Both the position numbers and the translations under genes were made by a program. From Oscillospiraceae bacterium (GTDB lineage: Bacteria > Bacillota > Clostridia > Oscillospirales > Oscillospiraceae), in NCBI GenBank assembly GCA_017527825.1, contig JAFXPO010000016.1, positions 151,568 to 183,567 of the forward strand: a stretch of DNA of 32,000 bases. The letters are read 5' to 3'. Positions 1 to 6,879 of this stretch are shown here, piece after piece. Position 1 is the first letter of the stretch. Each line of letters begins with the position of its first letter. Below the pieces are notes generated by a model that did no database searches, was not told the origin of the DNA, and saw only the letters and a program-made list of their open reading frames with translations.

Positions 1-169
1 CGCCGCCGCCGGGGCCGGCGTAAACGATGAAGTCCTTCTGCCCCTGGCGCAGGATCTCGGAGACCGCCGCATAGGGCTTGCGGTTGGTGGTGAAGCCGCC
101 GGTGGCGAGCACGTCGCCGTTTTCGACGTACTTTGCGATGGCGTCATGCAATGACATTACTTTGCTCAA
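1..169 (-). CDS. CoA-transferase subunit A-like protein, N-terminal fragment (gene runs off the window start)
   Basis: Not in the ORF track because it is truncated by the window edge. Minus-strand translation is MSKVMSLHDAIAKYVENGDVLATGGFTTNRKPYAAVSEILRQGQKDFIVYAGPGGGG. A TTG at 167-169 lies 8 nt after GGGAGG; an alternative ATG is at 155-157. The N-terminal pattern resembles glutaconate/3-oxoacid CoA-transferase A subunits, judged from memory only. Confidence 0.5.
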   Translation of the reverse strand, partial: MSKVMSLHDAIAKYVENGDVLATGGFTTNRKPYAAVSEILRQGQKDFIVYAGPGGG

Positions 170-264
170 AATGATAACCTCCCTGTTCCATCGGTTTTCG
201 CTGTGTTTTTGCAATCTTTCCGTCAGAGCCGAACCCACAGACGCCCGATTTAAAGTCAGCATAC

Positions 265-293
265 ATTATAGTAGAAACGTCCCTCGGAATCAA
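265..293 (-). promoter_or_regulatory. Putative sigma-A promoter for the CoA-transferase gene
   Basis: Minus strand reads TTGATT, a 17-nt spacer, then TATAAT (-35 at 288-293, -10 at 265-270). It lies about 90 nt upstream of the start codon. Confidence 0.45.
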
Positions 294-442
294 TGGAAAA
301 AGCGACGGAATATTCGGAAAAACTGAACAAATTTTTTTCGCTTTTTTTGTCGTTTCCGTGGATACCCGTCCACGATTTGCGGGACGATCCGCCGCGTTTT
401 GCAAGAATTCCTGCATACAAAAGCAGGCGCCGCGCCGGGTGC

Positions 443-471
443 TTGCAACCGCGTCCATATCCTGTTATAAT
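443..471 (+). promoter_or_regulatory. Putative sigma-A promoter for the MscS-family gene
   Basis: TTGCAA (443-448), a 17-nt spacer, then TATAAT (466-471) preceded by TGt (extended -10). It lies about 35 nt upstream of the AGGAGG/GTG start. Confidence 0.5.
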
Positions 472-504
472 TCCGTTCATCCGACACAACAGGAGGTATT
501 TCCC

Positions 505-1317
505 GTGGATATCACCGAATTGCTCTCCCAATCCGGCATCAGCTTCGGCGCGCTGACGCTCGCCGCGGCGGTCAAGGCGCTGGCGGCGCTGCTGATCGGC
601 ATTGTGCTGATCCGCGTGTTCCTCTCGCTCTTCGACCGCGCCATGGAGCACTCCGAGAAGCTCTCGCCGCTGAAAAAGCATGTGCGCCCCATCGTCAAGG
701 GCTTGCTGGCGCTGCTGCTGGCGCTGGTGGTGCTCGACTCCCTCGGCGTGCAGGTGACAAGTCTCATCGCGCTGCTCTCCGTGGCGGGGTTGGCGGTGTC
801 GCTGGCGCTGCAAAATTCGCTTGCCAACATCGCCGGCGGCATCATGATCCTCACCGCCCAGCCCTACGGCATCGGCGATTATGTGTCCATCGACGGAACG
901 GAGGGCACGGTGGATTTCATCCGCCTGTCCCACACCAAGCTGCACACGCCGGACAACAAGGAGGTGCAGATTCCCAACAGCACCGTCGCCGGCGCGACCA
1001 TCACGAACTACAACCGTCTCGGCCGCCGCCGTCTCGACCTGACGTTCACAGCGTCCTACGACGCGCCCACCGAGGACGTTTACGCCGCGCTGCGGGACGC
1101 GATGGCGCGCTTTGCGCAGATTCTGCCCGATCCCGCGCCGGAGGTGCACGTCAAGGACTACGGCGCGAGCAGTATTGCGTATCTCGCGCGGATGTGGGTA
1201 CCCGCCGCCGACTACTGGACGGTGAACTGGGGCGTGATCGAGGCGGTGCGCGAGACCTTCGCCGCGCACAACGTGGAGATGACCTACGACCACCTCAACG
1301 TGCACATGGAGAAATGA
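505..1317 (+). CDS. Small-conductance mechanosensitive channel (MscS family)
   Basis: Tracked ORF 358..1317, trimmed to the GTG at 505, which has AGGAGG 7 nt upstream. TM helices are followed by LANIAGGIMILTAQPYGIGDYVSIDGTEGTVDFIRLSHTKLHTPDNKEVQIPNS, typical of the MscS TM3/beta domain. Confidence 0.85.
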   Translation: MDITELLSQSGISFGALTLAAAVKALAALLIGIVLIRVFLSLFDRAMEHSEKLSPLKKHVRPIVKGLLALLLALVVLDSLGVQVTSLIALLSVAGLAVSLALQNSLANIAGGIMILTAQPYGIGDYVSIDGTEGTVDFIRLSHTKLHTPDNKEVQIPNSTVAGATITNYNRLGRRRLDLTFTASYDAPTEDVYAALRDAMARFAQILPDPAPEVHVKDYGASSIAYLARMWVPAADYWTVNWGVIEAVRETFAAHNVEMTYDHLNVHMEK

Positions 1318-1344
1318 AAGATCCCGCCGATCGGCGGGATCTTT
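1318..1344 (+). terminator. Rho-independent terminator after the MscS gene
   Basis: aaagatcccgcc-gatc-ggcgggatcttt, a perfect GC-rich stem starting immediately after the stop codon. Confidence 0.6.
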
Positions 1345-1580
1345 AAAAATGGCGCAGCAGAGCCGCGCCATGAAAAACGCAGAGGCTCCGATGCCGCCAA
1401 GCAAATCCATCAGCACGCAAAGTGTAATGAACCGGAGCGTGCGTTTTTGCCCCGGTTAGTCAGAACAGAAACGCACACTTTGCGTACCCAATAATATGAA
1501 TTTGCTTGGCACGTTCAATGTACCATAACCCGACAATTTTTGCAACCAAAACCGTTCGACGAGTTTCGACGCCCTTCGCG

Positions 1581-1610
1581 TTGACGGGAGCGGCAGCGGC
1601 ATGGTAAAAT
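1581..1610 (+). promoter_or_regulatory. Putative promoter of the small plus-strand membrane ORF
   Basis: TTGACG (1581-1586), an 18-nt spacer, then TGgTAAAAT (-10 at 1605-1610). GAGGGG Shine-Dalgarno and the ATG at 1627 follow. Confidence 0.4.
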
Positions 1611-1626
1611 AATAGAGGGGTGGCGT

Positions 1627-2337
1627 ATGATGCGAGAGAAGAATGATTTGCATACCGATAAAACCTCAAATCCATCAAAACCGCAGGATACAGTTCACAC
1701 GATTTGCGCTTGGTGCTTCATGTTATCCGGTATATTCGTTGTACTATGCTTCTTTTTGAAAGGAACGCCACGCCTTTTGTATGACTTCTCATTTTATGTG
1801 GCTGTGGTTCTTGGCATGGGCAGCATTATCGTCGACCGTGTAAATGCCTTCTTAAAAAGAGCAAACACGTCAAAGGAGAGGAGAACAAGGACGCATAATC
1901 GTCCTTGTTCTCCTCTCGCCCTCTTCTATTTTTCTTTTAATATCAGTGCAATAATAAAATCAATTAACGCATCTTTTTCTGCTTTGCTCCAGTCCTTTTC
2001 CTCAGAAAAATCATTTTTATATATTACCTTCAAAGCCTCAGAAATGAGATCCCCAAGTCCCGTCTCAACACCTTCGCCAATCGCAGTTAATCCGTTTTGG
2101 GCATTTGCACGTTGCAGTTCACTCCACCCTCTCTGCTCCGCAACAGTATCAATCGCCTTTTTGAATATATCATCAAATCTTCCGCGACCATATATTTTCC
2201 CTATACCATCAACAGCTTTTTCCAAGAGCGCACCGCTTATTGCGCTTCCCACACCGTACAGCGCCTGTTGTCCGAGAGTCGCTCCTTCCTGCCGCGCCGT
2301 CTGCGCCGCATCGCCGAATGTGCGGAGCGCCAGATAG
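1627..2337 (+). CDS. Putative small 2-TM membrane protein (only the first ~85 codons look credible)
   Basis: A promoter-like site and Shine-Dalgarno lie upstream. The N-terminus has hydrophobic helices (ICAWCFMLSGIFVVLCFFL, FYVAVVLGMGSIIV) in an AT-rich islet. The frame stays open through the 1876-1917 terminator hairpin and runs antisense to the 144-aa gene until 2337, so the true 3-prime end is unclear. Confidence 0.25.
   Translation: MMREKNDLHTDKTSNPSKPQDTVHTICAWCFMLSGIFVVLCFFLKGTPRLLYDFSFYVAVVLGMGSIIVDRVNAFLKRANTSKERRTRTHNRPCSPLALFYFSFNISAIIKSINASFSALLQSFSSEKSFLYITFKASEMRSPSPVSTPSPIAVNPFWAFARCSSLHPLCSATVSIAFLNISSNLPRPYIFPIPSTAFSKSAPLIALPTPYSACCPRVAPSCRAVCAASPNVRSAR
1876..1917. terminator. 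Perfect 18-bp stem-loop between convergent genes (bidirectional terminator candidate)
   Basis: gagaggagaacaaggacg-cataat-cgtccttgttctcctctc. It lies 8 nt downstream of the stop of the minus-strand 144-aa ORF, with T-rich sequence on both sides. Confidence 0.65.
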
Positions 2338-2360
2338 GGCGTGGCGCCGATCTTCGTCAT
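1926..2360 (-). CDS. Hypothetical protein; N-terminal ~50 aa are paralogous to the central motif of the 714-aa phage protein
   Basis: Tracked ORF of 144 aa. ALRTFGDAAQTARQEGATLGQQALYGVGSAISGALLEKAVDG aligns by eye with FLRTVGESYEQAKADGASDAKASAYAMGNGLLNAAAEVGGG of the 13015-15159 product. Codon composition switches from GC-ending to AT-rich after about codon 45. Confidence 0.5.
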   Translation of the reverse strand: MTKIGATPYLALRTFGDAAQTARQEGATLGQQALYGVGSAISGALLEKAVDGIGKIYGRGRFDDIFKKAIDTVAEQRGWSELQRANAQNGLTAIGEGVETGLGDLISEALKVIYKNDFSEEKDWSKAEKDALIDFIIALILKEK

Positions 2361-2440
2361 CGCGCCGAGGGCTTTATCACCGGCTGCGTTTCCCGCAGCT
2401 TGTCCATATCGGCATATTGATATTTCGGATTACCTGCCAT
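2357..2440 (-). CDS. 27-codon upstream ORF overlapping the 144-aa ORF by ATGA (leader peptide, or N-terminus of a frameshifted gene)
   Basis: GGAGAATGAAAG lies upstream of the ATG at 2438-2440. The product is MAGNPKYQYADMDKLRETQPVIKPSAR, and its stop overlaps the next ATG. It is too short to be in the track. Confidence 0.25.
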   Translation of the reverse strand: MAGNPKYQYADMDKLRETQPVIKPSAR

Positions 2441-2465
2441 CTTTCATTCTCCTTTTTCCCATTTC

Positions 2466-2494
2466 CAAAAAAGCGGGCTTACGCCCGCTTTTTT
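2466..2494. terminator. Strong bidirectional rho-independent terminator ending the phage late operon
   Basis: aaaaaagcgggc-ttac-gcccgctttttt, abutting the TAA of the 312-aa gene. Confidence 0.8.
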
Positions 2495-3431
2495 ACTGTC
2501 TGTACGCCTCGCCGTAGTAGTATTCGTATGCCGCGAGCACCGCGTCGGTCAGGACGCCCGCCTTGATCGCCGCGTTGACCTGCGCCACCGTAAGCGTCGG
2601 CTTCGCCGAGCGTTCGGCAGCCTCCTCCGCTTCCCGCTGCTCCTTCGCCAGCTGTGCGGCGTAGACGGCGGCGCGCTGCGCGTCCTCACGCGCGTACGCC
2701 TCCTGCTGCGCGTCCAGCTTGTCCTGGCGGTTGATGAGGAATTGGAGCGCGTCGGCGTAGGCGTCCATCTGCTCCCGCGCCGCCGCCGCGGCGGCGTTGG
2801 CGCTCTCGATGTCGCCGGTGAGCCGCGCGTCCGCGATCGCCTGATCCAGCGAGCCGACGGCGCTGATGCGCCCCTGCTCACCCTGGCGCAGCGCGTCCTC
2901 ATACGCCGTGTCGTAGCCGAGGCGCGTGGTCTCCGCCGCGCCGCCGGTGACGCCCATGGCGGAGAGCTGCTGGTCCAGATTTTTGCGGTTGCGCATCTTG
3001 TCAATGTAGAGCTGGCGGAACAGGTCGGCGTACTGCGCGTCGGTGTCCGTCTTCTGCGCCTCCAGCGCGTTTACCGCCTTTTGCACCGCCGCCTCCTGCG
3101 CCTGACGCTGCTGCTCCAGCGCCTGCTGACCTGCGCTGTTCTGCGCGCCGCTGTTCAGGGTCTTGTATTCGTCGATGAGCCGGTTCAGCTCCTGCGGCTG
3201 TTTCAGATTCGCGGCATCGTCCGTGCCGCCGGTCACCGTCCAGATGCCGGAGGCTGTGTCAAACGTACTCGTCGAGCCGGTGAGCCCGTCCAGCATCCTG
3301 TTGATTTCGATGTTCTGCCGGTGCAGCTTGTCCTTTTTCTTCTCGTCGCCGGTCAGATGCCAGTCCGCCGCGTTCTGCTTCGCTTTTTCGCGCAGCTCGT
3401 CCGCGGTGATTTGACCAGAACCAAAAGCCAT
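2493..3431 (-). CDS. Hypothetical coiled-coil protein, last gene of the late operon
   Basis: Tracked ORF of 312 aa with AAGGAGGG Shine-Dalgarno 6 nt upstream. It is rich in Q/A/E heptad-like segments, and I recognise no motif. Confidence 0.7.
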   Translation of the reverse strand: MAFGSGQITADELREKAKQNAADWHLTGDEKKKDKLHRQNIEINRMLDGLTGSTSTFDTASGIWTVTGGTDDAANLKQPQELNRLIDEYKTLNSGAQNSAGQQALEQQRQAQEAAVQKAVNALEAQKTDTDAQYADLFRQLYIDKMRNRKNLDQQLSAMGVTGGAAETTRLGYDTAYEDALRQGEQGRISAVGSLDQAIADARLTGDIESANAAAAAAREQMDAYADALQFLINRQDKLDAQQEAYAREDAQRAAVYAAQLAKEQREAEEAAERSAKPTLTVAQVNAAIKAGVLTDAVLAAYEYYYGEAYRQ

Positions 3432-3443
3432 AATTGTCCCTCC

Positions 3444-4091
3444 TTATTGATAAAGCCCCAACCGCTCGTGGATCACGAGCACGCGGAGCATGTCCGTTGT
3501 GAGATCCAGCCCCGCGTCCGTGCCGCGCAGAGCGCCCGCCGCCGTCAGCCGCCGGACCGTCTCCGCCGCCCACGGCGCTTCCCGCTCGATCTCCTCCATG
3601 GTCTGATAACGTTTCATTTCCTCCTCCTCTATTTCCCGTGGGTGAATGTATGCCGCGACAAGGGACGCGGCGCGAACGCGGCGCAGCACCGCGCCGCCGT
3701 CGGCGTCGCTGAGCGTGCCGGTGTTGCCGTCGACAGTGACGACGCTGTCCCCCTGCATGCGCTCAAAGATGCCGGTATGGTCGACCGCCTTGCCGCCGGG
3801 AAAATCGAAGATGACGATGTCCCCGGCGACAGGGTCGCGCGTGAGGCAGTCCGGCTGGTGCTCACGGTACCAGCGCAGCAGCGCGCCGCAGCTCGCCGTC
3901 TTGAAGGGCAGCGCCGCGCCCGCGCGGTCATAGCACCACTGCACGAACGCCATGCACCACGGGTACGCGCTGCCGCTGACCTCCCTGCCGTAGTACCAGG
4001 TGTTGTACAGGACGCGGTTGCTGCCCGGCGGGGATTCCCGCGCGCCCAGCTCTGCCGCCGCGACGGCGAGCACGTCAGTTCCCGCCGCCAT
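3444..4091 (-). CDS. Endolysin with an N-terminal CHAP (Cys/His amidohydrolase-peptidase) domain and a ~57-aa C-terminal module
   Basis: Tracked ORF of 215 aa. The candidate catalytic Cys is in SAYPWCMAFVQWCY and the His in KAVDHTGIF. It overlaps the end of the holin gene, with GGAGGAGA Shine-Dalgarno upstream. Confidence 0.8.
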   Translation of the reverse strand: MAAGTDVLAVAAAELGARESPPGSNRVLYNTWYYGREVSGSAYPWCMAFVQWCYDRAGAALPFKTASCGALLRWYREHQPDCLTRDPVAGDIVIFDFPGGKAVDHTGIFERMQGDSVVTVDGNTGTLSDADGGAVLRRVRAASLVAAYIHPREIEEEEMKRYQTMEEIEREAPWAAETVRRLTAAGALRGTDAGLDLTTDMLRVLVIHERLGLYQ

Positions 4092-4284
4092 CGGTCGTCT
4101 CCTCCCTCTCGCCGCGCTTTTCCGCCTGCGTGCCGAAGTAGAACGAGATCACCACTGTAAACACGGTCAGGAACTCCGTCCCGTCCACGCCGCCGGTGAT
4201 CGCCAGACAGGCGAACACGCCCGTGAGCAGTATGGTCACGATGCTCTTGACCGACGCCAGCCGATCCACGATCCGCTCCTTCAT
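4075..4284 (-). CDS. Putative holin
   Basis: 69 aa with two hydrophobic helices (IVTILLTGVFACLAITGG, FLTVFTVVISFYFG) and a charged C-terminus. AAGGAGGT Shine-Dalgarno lies upstream. It sits directly upstream of, and overlaps, the endolysin gene. Confidence 0.6.
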   Translation of the reverse strand: MKERIVDRLASVKSIVTILLTGVFACLAITGGVDGTEFLTVFTVVISFYFGTQAEKRGEREETTDGGGN

Positions 4285-4523
4285 CGCTCCGACCTCCTTT
4301 CCAAATCCTCAATGCGGTGGTTTGCCACCTTGATTTTTTCCTCCTGCAGCTCCGTGCGCTCCTCCAGCTTATAGGTGCGCTCCACGACGCTGTTGTGCTT
4401 CTCTACTCTCTTTTCCAGCTGCTCCAGCCGGTACGCGATCAGCGCCGCGCTTCTGCGGTTGCTGAGATACGTTCCCAACAGGGCAAGCAGCCCCGTGATC
4501 AGGGCGGTGATCGCATCGCTCAT
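4281..4523 (-). CDS. Membrane-anchored coiled-coil protein of the lysis cassette
   Basis: This is the C-terminal 80 codons of tracked ORF 4281..4964. The ATG at 4521-4523 is preceded by AGGAGGGG. An N-terminal TM (AITALITGLLALLGTYL) is followed by a charged heptad region. Its stop overlaps the holin start by ATGA. Confidence 0.55.
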   Translation of the reverse strand: MSDAITALITGLLALLGTYLSNRRSAALIAYRLEQLEKRVEKHNSVVERTYKLEERTELQEEKIKVANHRIEDLERRSER

Positions 4524-4537
4524 TCCTCGCCCCTCCT

Positions 4538-5443
4538 CTATGCCGTGACCGGCGGCAGCGCGGTGTAATAGGTCGTGTTGATGTCCGGGGTGCCCATAAA
4601 CGTACCGCCGGTGGAATCGAACATATCGCAAAGCGAGGTTGATTGACTCGTTCCCGTTCCCGCGGTAGGGATGCGGTACGCGTAGGGATACTCGCTCGAT
4701 TGAGTGATGGAGAGCTTGAGCGCCTGGCAGTTGTAAAACATGTCCGAGTAACACCATTCTGGTAGTGTCAGCGCGGGTAGCATGGGCACCGTTTTCAAAG
4801 AGAGACAGTTTCTGAACATGCTGGCGTAACAGTCTTCCGCCAGCGTCGTCGCGGGCAGCGCGGGCACCGTTTTCAAAGAATGGCATTCTCTGAACATGTT
4901 GGCGTAACAGCGTTCCGCCAGCGTCGTCGCGGGCAGCGCGGGCGGGTATAGAAGCGACTTGCAATTATAAAACATATTTTCGTAGCAATCTTCACCCAGT
5001 GTGGTCGCGGGCAGCTCCGGCGCTGAAATCAATGCGGTGCAGCTATAGAACATCCCATAAAACGCGTATCTACCCGCCGTCGAAGCGGTTCCTGCCGCCA
5101 CTGCGGCATAATCGAGAAGCGTTTGGATGTTCCCGTCGCAGCGGACATTTTCTCCCTGAATGACAAATGTTTTGTCTGTCTTCTTAGCAAAACCTGTATT
5201 CGCAATCCCGCGTAACGCAAGATAGCCCTCAGGCGCGTTCAGCGTGACGGTGCTGTCCCACACCGCCCAGTCGGCGTCGCTGTTTTTGTATTCCACCGTT
5301 CCGTTCCAGTTCTTTTTGCCGTCCATAGCCGACACGGTAAACGGAGCGGAGCTGGAAAACACAATGCAGTTCCACATCCTCGCCAGATCGGGCCCGACGA
5401 TCGGAAACCCGTCCTGCTTGCGAATATAGGGGTTGAGAATCAT
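4538..5443 (-). CDS. BspA-type leucine-rich-repeat protein (candidate receptor-binding / distal tail protein)
   Basis: Tracked ORF 4538..5887, trimmed to the ATG at 5441-5443 (MILNPYIRKQ), which overlaps the fibre gene stop by ATGA. It has 4-5 tandem 25-aa repeats of the form LPATTLAExCYxxMFxxCxSLKTVP. Confidence 0.75.
   Translation of the reverse strand: MILNPYIRKQDGFPIVGPDLARMWNCIVFSSSAPFTVSAMDGKKNWNGTVEYKNSDADWAVWDSTVTLNAPEGYLALRGIANTGFAKKTDKTFVIQGENVRCDGNIQTLLDYAAVAAGTASTAGRYAFYGMFYSCTALISAPELPATTLGEDCYENMFYNCKSLLYPPALPATTLAERCYANMFRECHSLKTVPALPATTLAEDCYASMFRNCLSLKTVPMLPALTLPEWCYSDMFYNCQALKLSITQSSEYPYAYRIPTAGTGTSQSTSLCDMFDSTGGTFMGTPDINTTYYTALPPVTA
4706..5071 (-). repeat. Tandem ~75-bp coding repeats (LRR units)
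   Basis: Near-identical units are visible in the DNA, for example gcgggcaccgttttcaaaga...ctgaacatg.tggcgtaaca..cttccgccagcgtcgtc repeated at about 4774-4851 and 4851-4928. Confidence 0.8.
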
Positions 5444-6870
5444 GCGCTCACCTCCGTAATCACCACATACACCGTCAGCGATGAGGTCGGCACGGAATCG
5501 CAGGAGAAGGTCAGGCGGTTCGTTGCCTGCGCCGTCGCCCGGACCCCCGCCGCCTCGTAAGCGCTCCGGGACGCGCTGGCGGGCACGGGCTGAATGAGCT
5601 GCGCCGTCTCCGTCGCGCTCACGCCGGTGACCGTGACGCTCTGCGTCTTGCTCGACCATCCCGACGCGCTGAGCGTCACGGTGACGCGCTTGATCTTGTT
5701 CTGCTTCGCGTTGAGCGCGGTCTGCGTCGCGGTGGAGACCGGCTTGTTCAGGTCGCTGGTGTTGTTGACGCTGCCCAGCCCCACCATCGCCGCCGTATAG
5801 TCGCCGGACTGCGGCGTCACCGCGCCGGTCCTGCCGTTGAAGCTGGTCACGCGGGCGTTTGCGGACTGCTCCGCCTGTTCCGCCCAATACTTCGCGTTGT
5901 TGTGGTACGCCGCGTCGGTGGATGGTACGTCCGCACCGCTACGCTGGCCCACCGCCCACGCTTCGCTGTCCTTCGCGCTGTTCTCGGCGGACGCGGCGGA
6001 GTTCGCCGCGTTCGTCTCGCTGGTTGACGCGGAAGATGCGCTGGTTGACGCGGCGGTTGCGCTCTGCGCGGCGGCGCTGGCGCTGTTTGACGCGTTGCTC
6101 GCGCTGGCGGCGGCGTCCGCCGCCTTCTGGTTCGCCGTGTTTTTGTACACTTCCGCCGCCGTGACGCTCTGCGCGGCGGAGGTCGCGCTGTTTGACGCAG
6201 TGATCACATAGCCGCGCAGCTGAGCGGCAAGCGCGGAGGAGAGCATCGAGTCGGTGATGCTCCCGGTCTTGATCGACGCCGTCACGCAGTGGTTGCGGAC
6301 GGAAAACTCGATCTGATCGCTGTCCTGAAACTCCGTTTCCGTGACGAACGCGGACAGCGGAATGCTCTGCGCTGATCCGTCCGCCAGCGTCAGGATCAAG
6401 CTCTGCGTCAAGGCGTCGTACCGCCAGTTGGTCGCGACCTTCTCCAGCGCCGTATCGATCACGGTGAAGCTGCCGTCCTGGCGGGTGAAGGTAAACGCGC
6501 CGGTGACGGCGTTGAAACTCACCGACTTGATGTGCAGGTCGGTCACCGACTTGTCGCTTTTGAGTGAGAGCGCGGAGGTCACGTCCGCTCTGGTGCTTTT
6601 GGTGTCCAGAATGGTTTTGAGGCTGCGCAGCACCGTCTGTACGTCGCCGCCGGCGATGCCGGCGATGGCGGTGGTGCCGATCTCCGCCGCGCCGTCCTCG
6701 CCGGAGAGCGCGTCGATCAGCCCGTTGAACAGCTCCTGCACCGTCTCGCGGATGAGGCGGTCGAACACCGCCTTGTTCTGCGCTGCGGTGCCGGTCAGCT
6801 TGTCGGGCGCGGCAATGACGCCCTTTTGCGCGATGGCGCTGTCGGTAATTTTATAGTCTGTTAAACTCAT
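5440..6870 (-). CDS. Tail fibre protein
   Basis: Tracked ORF of 476 aa. The N-terminus reads PDKLTGTAAQNKAVFDRL. An Ala/Ser-rich coiled segment follows, and a C-terminal FNGRTGAVTPQSGDYTAAMVGLGSVNNTSDLNKPVSTATQTALNAKQNK motif is common in phage fibres. Confidence 0.7.
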   Translation of the reverse strand: MSLTDYKITDSAIAQKGVIAAPDKLTGTAAQNKAVFDRLIRETVQELFNGLIDALSGEDGAAEIGTTAIAGIAGGDVQTVLRSLKTILDTKSTRADVTSALSLKSDKSVTDLHIKSVSFNAVTGAFTFTRQDGSFTVIDTALEKVATNWRYDALTQSLILTLADGSAQSIPLSAFVTETEFQDSDQIEFSVRNHCVTASIKTGSITDSMLSSALAAQLRGYVITASNSATSAAQSVTAAEVYKNTANQKAADAAASASNASNSASAAAQSATAASTSASSASTSETNAANSAASAENSAKDSEAWAVGQRSGADVPSTDAAYHNNAKYWAEQAEQSANARVTSFNGRTGAVTPQSGDYTAAMVGLGSVNNTSDLNKPVSTATQTALNAKQNKIKRVTVTLSASGWSSKTQSVTVTGVSATETAQLIQPVPASASRSAYEAAGVRATAQATNRLTFSCDSVPTSSLTVYVVITEVSA

Positions 6871-6879
6871 GGTTTCCCC

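Noticed and set aside
1413-1485. Mutually exclusive hairpins: gcacgc/gcgtgc followed by ttttt, and the 11-bp inverted repeat acgcaaagtgt/acactttgcgt.
   Set aside because: The stems are short and lie in a non-coding gap with no associated downstream gene start. This is insufficient to call a riboswitch, attenuator or sRNA.
1345-1625. Search for a tRNA, att core, dif-like site or integrase remnant at the element borders (also 17798-18048).
   Set aside because: I saw no T-loop-like GGTTCGAATCC, no cloverleaf, no direct repeat longer than about 10 bp shared between the two borders, and no recombinase-like ORF. By-eye repeat detection is weak, so a computed alignment of the two borders is still needed.
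4706-5071. Regular ~75-bp tandem repeats that could be mistaken for a CRISPR-like or satellite array.
   Set aside because: The units are contiguous with no unique spacers, in frame, and encode the 25-aa LRR units of the 4538-5443 protein.
4538-5887. Long versions of tracked ORFs: 449 aa at 4538..5887, 227 aa at 4281..4964, and 525 aa at 18049..19626.
   Set aside because: The N-terminal extensions run through neighbouring genes in other frames and are Arg-rich junk. Internal ATGs with strong Shine-Dalgarno sites, placed at the upstream gene's stop, give compact and sensible proteins.
5960-6180. GC-rich, quasi-repetitive DNA inside the fibre gene.
   Set aside because: It encodes an Ala/Ser/Asn-rich low-complexity coiled segment (AASASNASNSASAAAQSATAASTSASSASTS). 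The repeats are imperfect and in frame, so this is not an independent repeat element.
4538-6870. Diversity-generating retroelement or invertible-promoter control of the fibre and LRR genes.
   Set aside because: There is no reverse transcriptase gene, no template/variable repeat pair, no flanking inverted repeats and no recombinase in the window.
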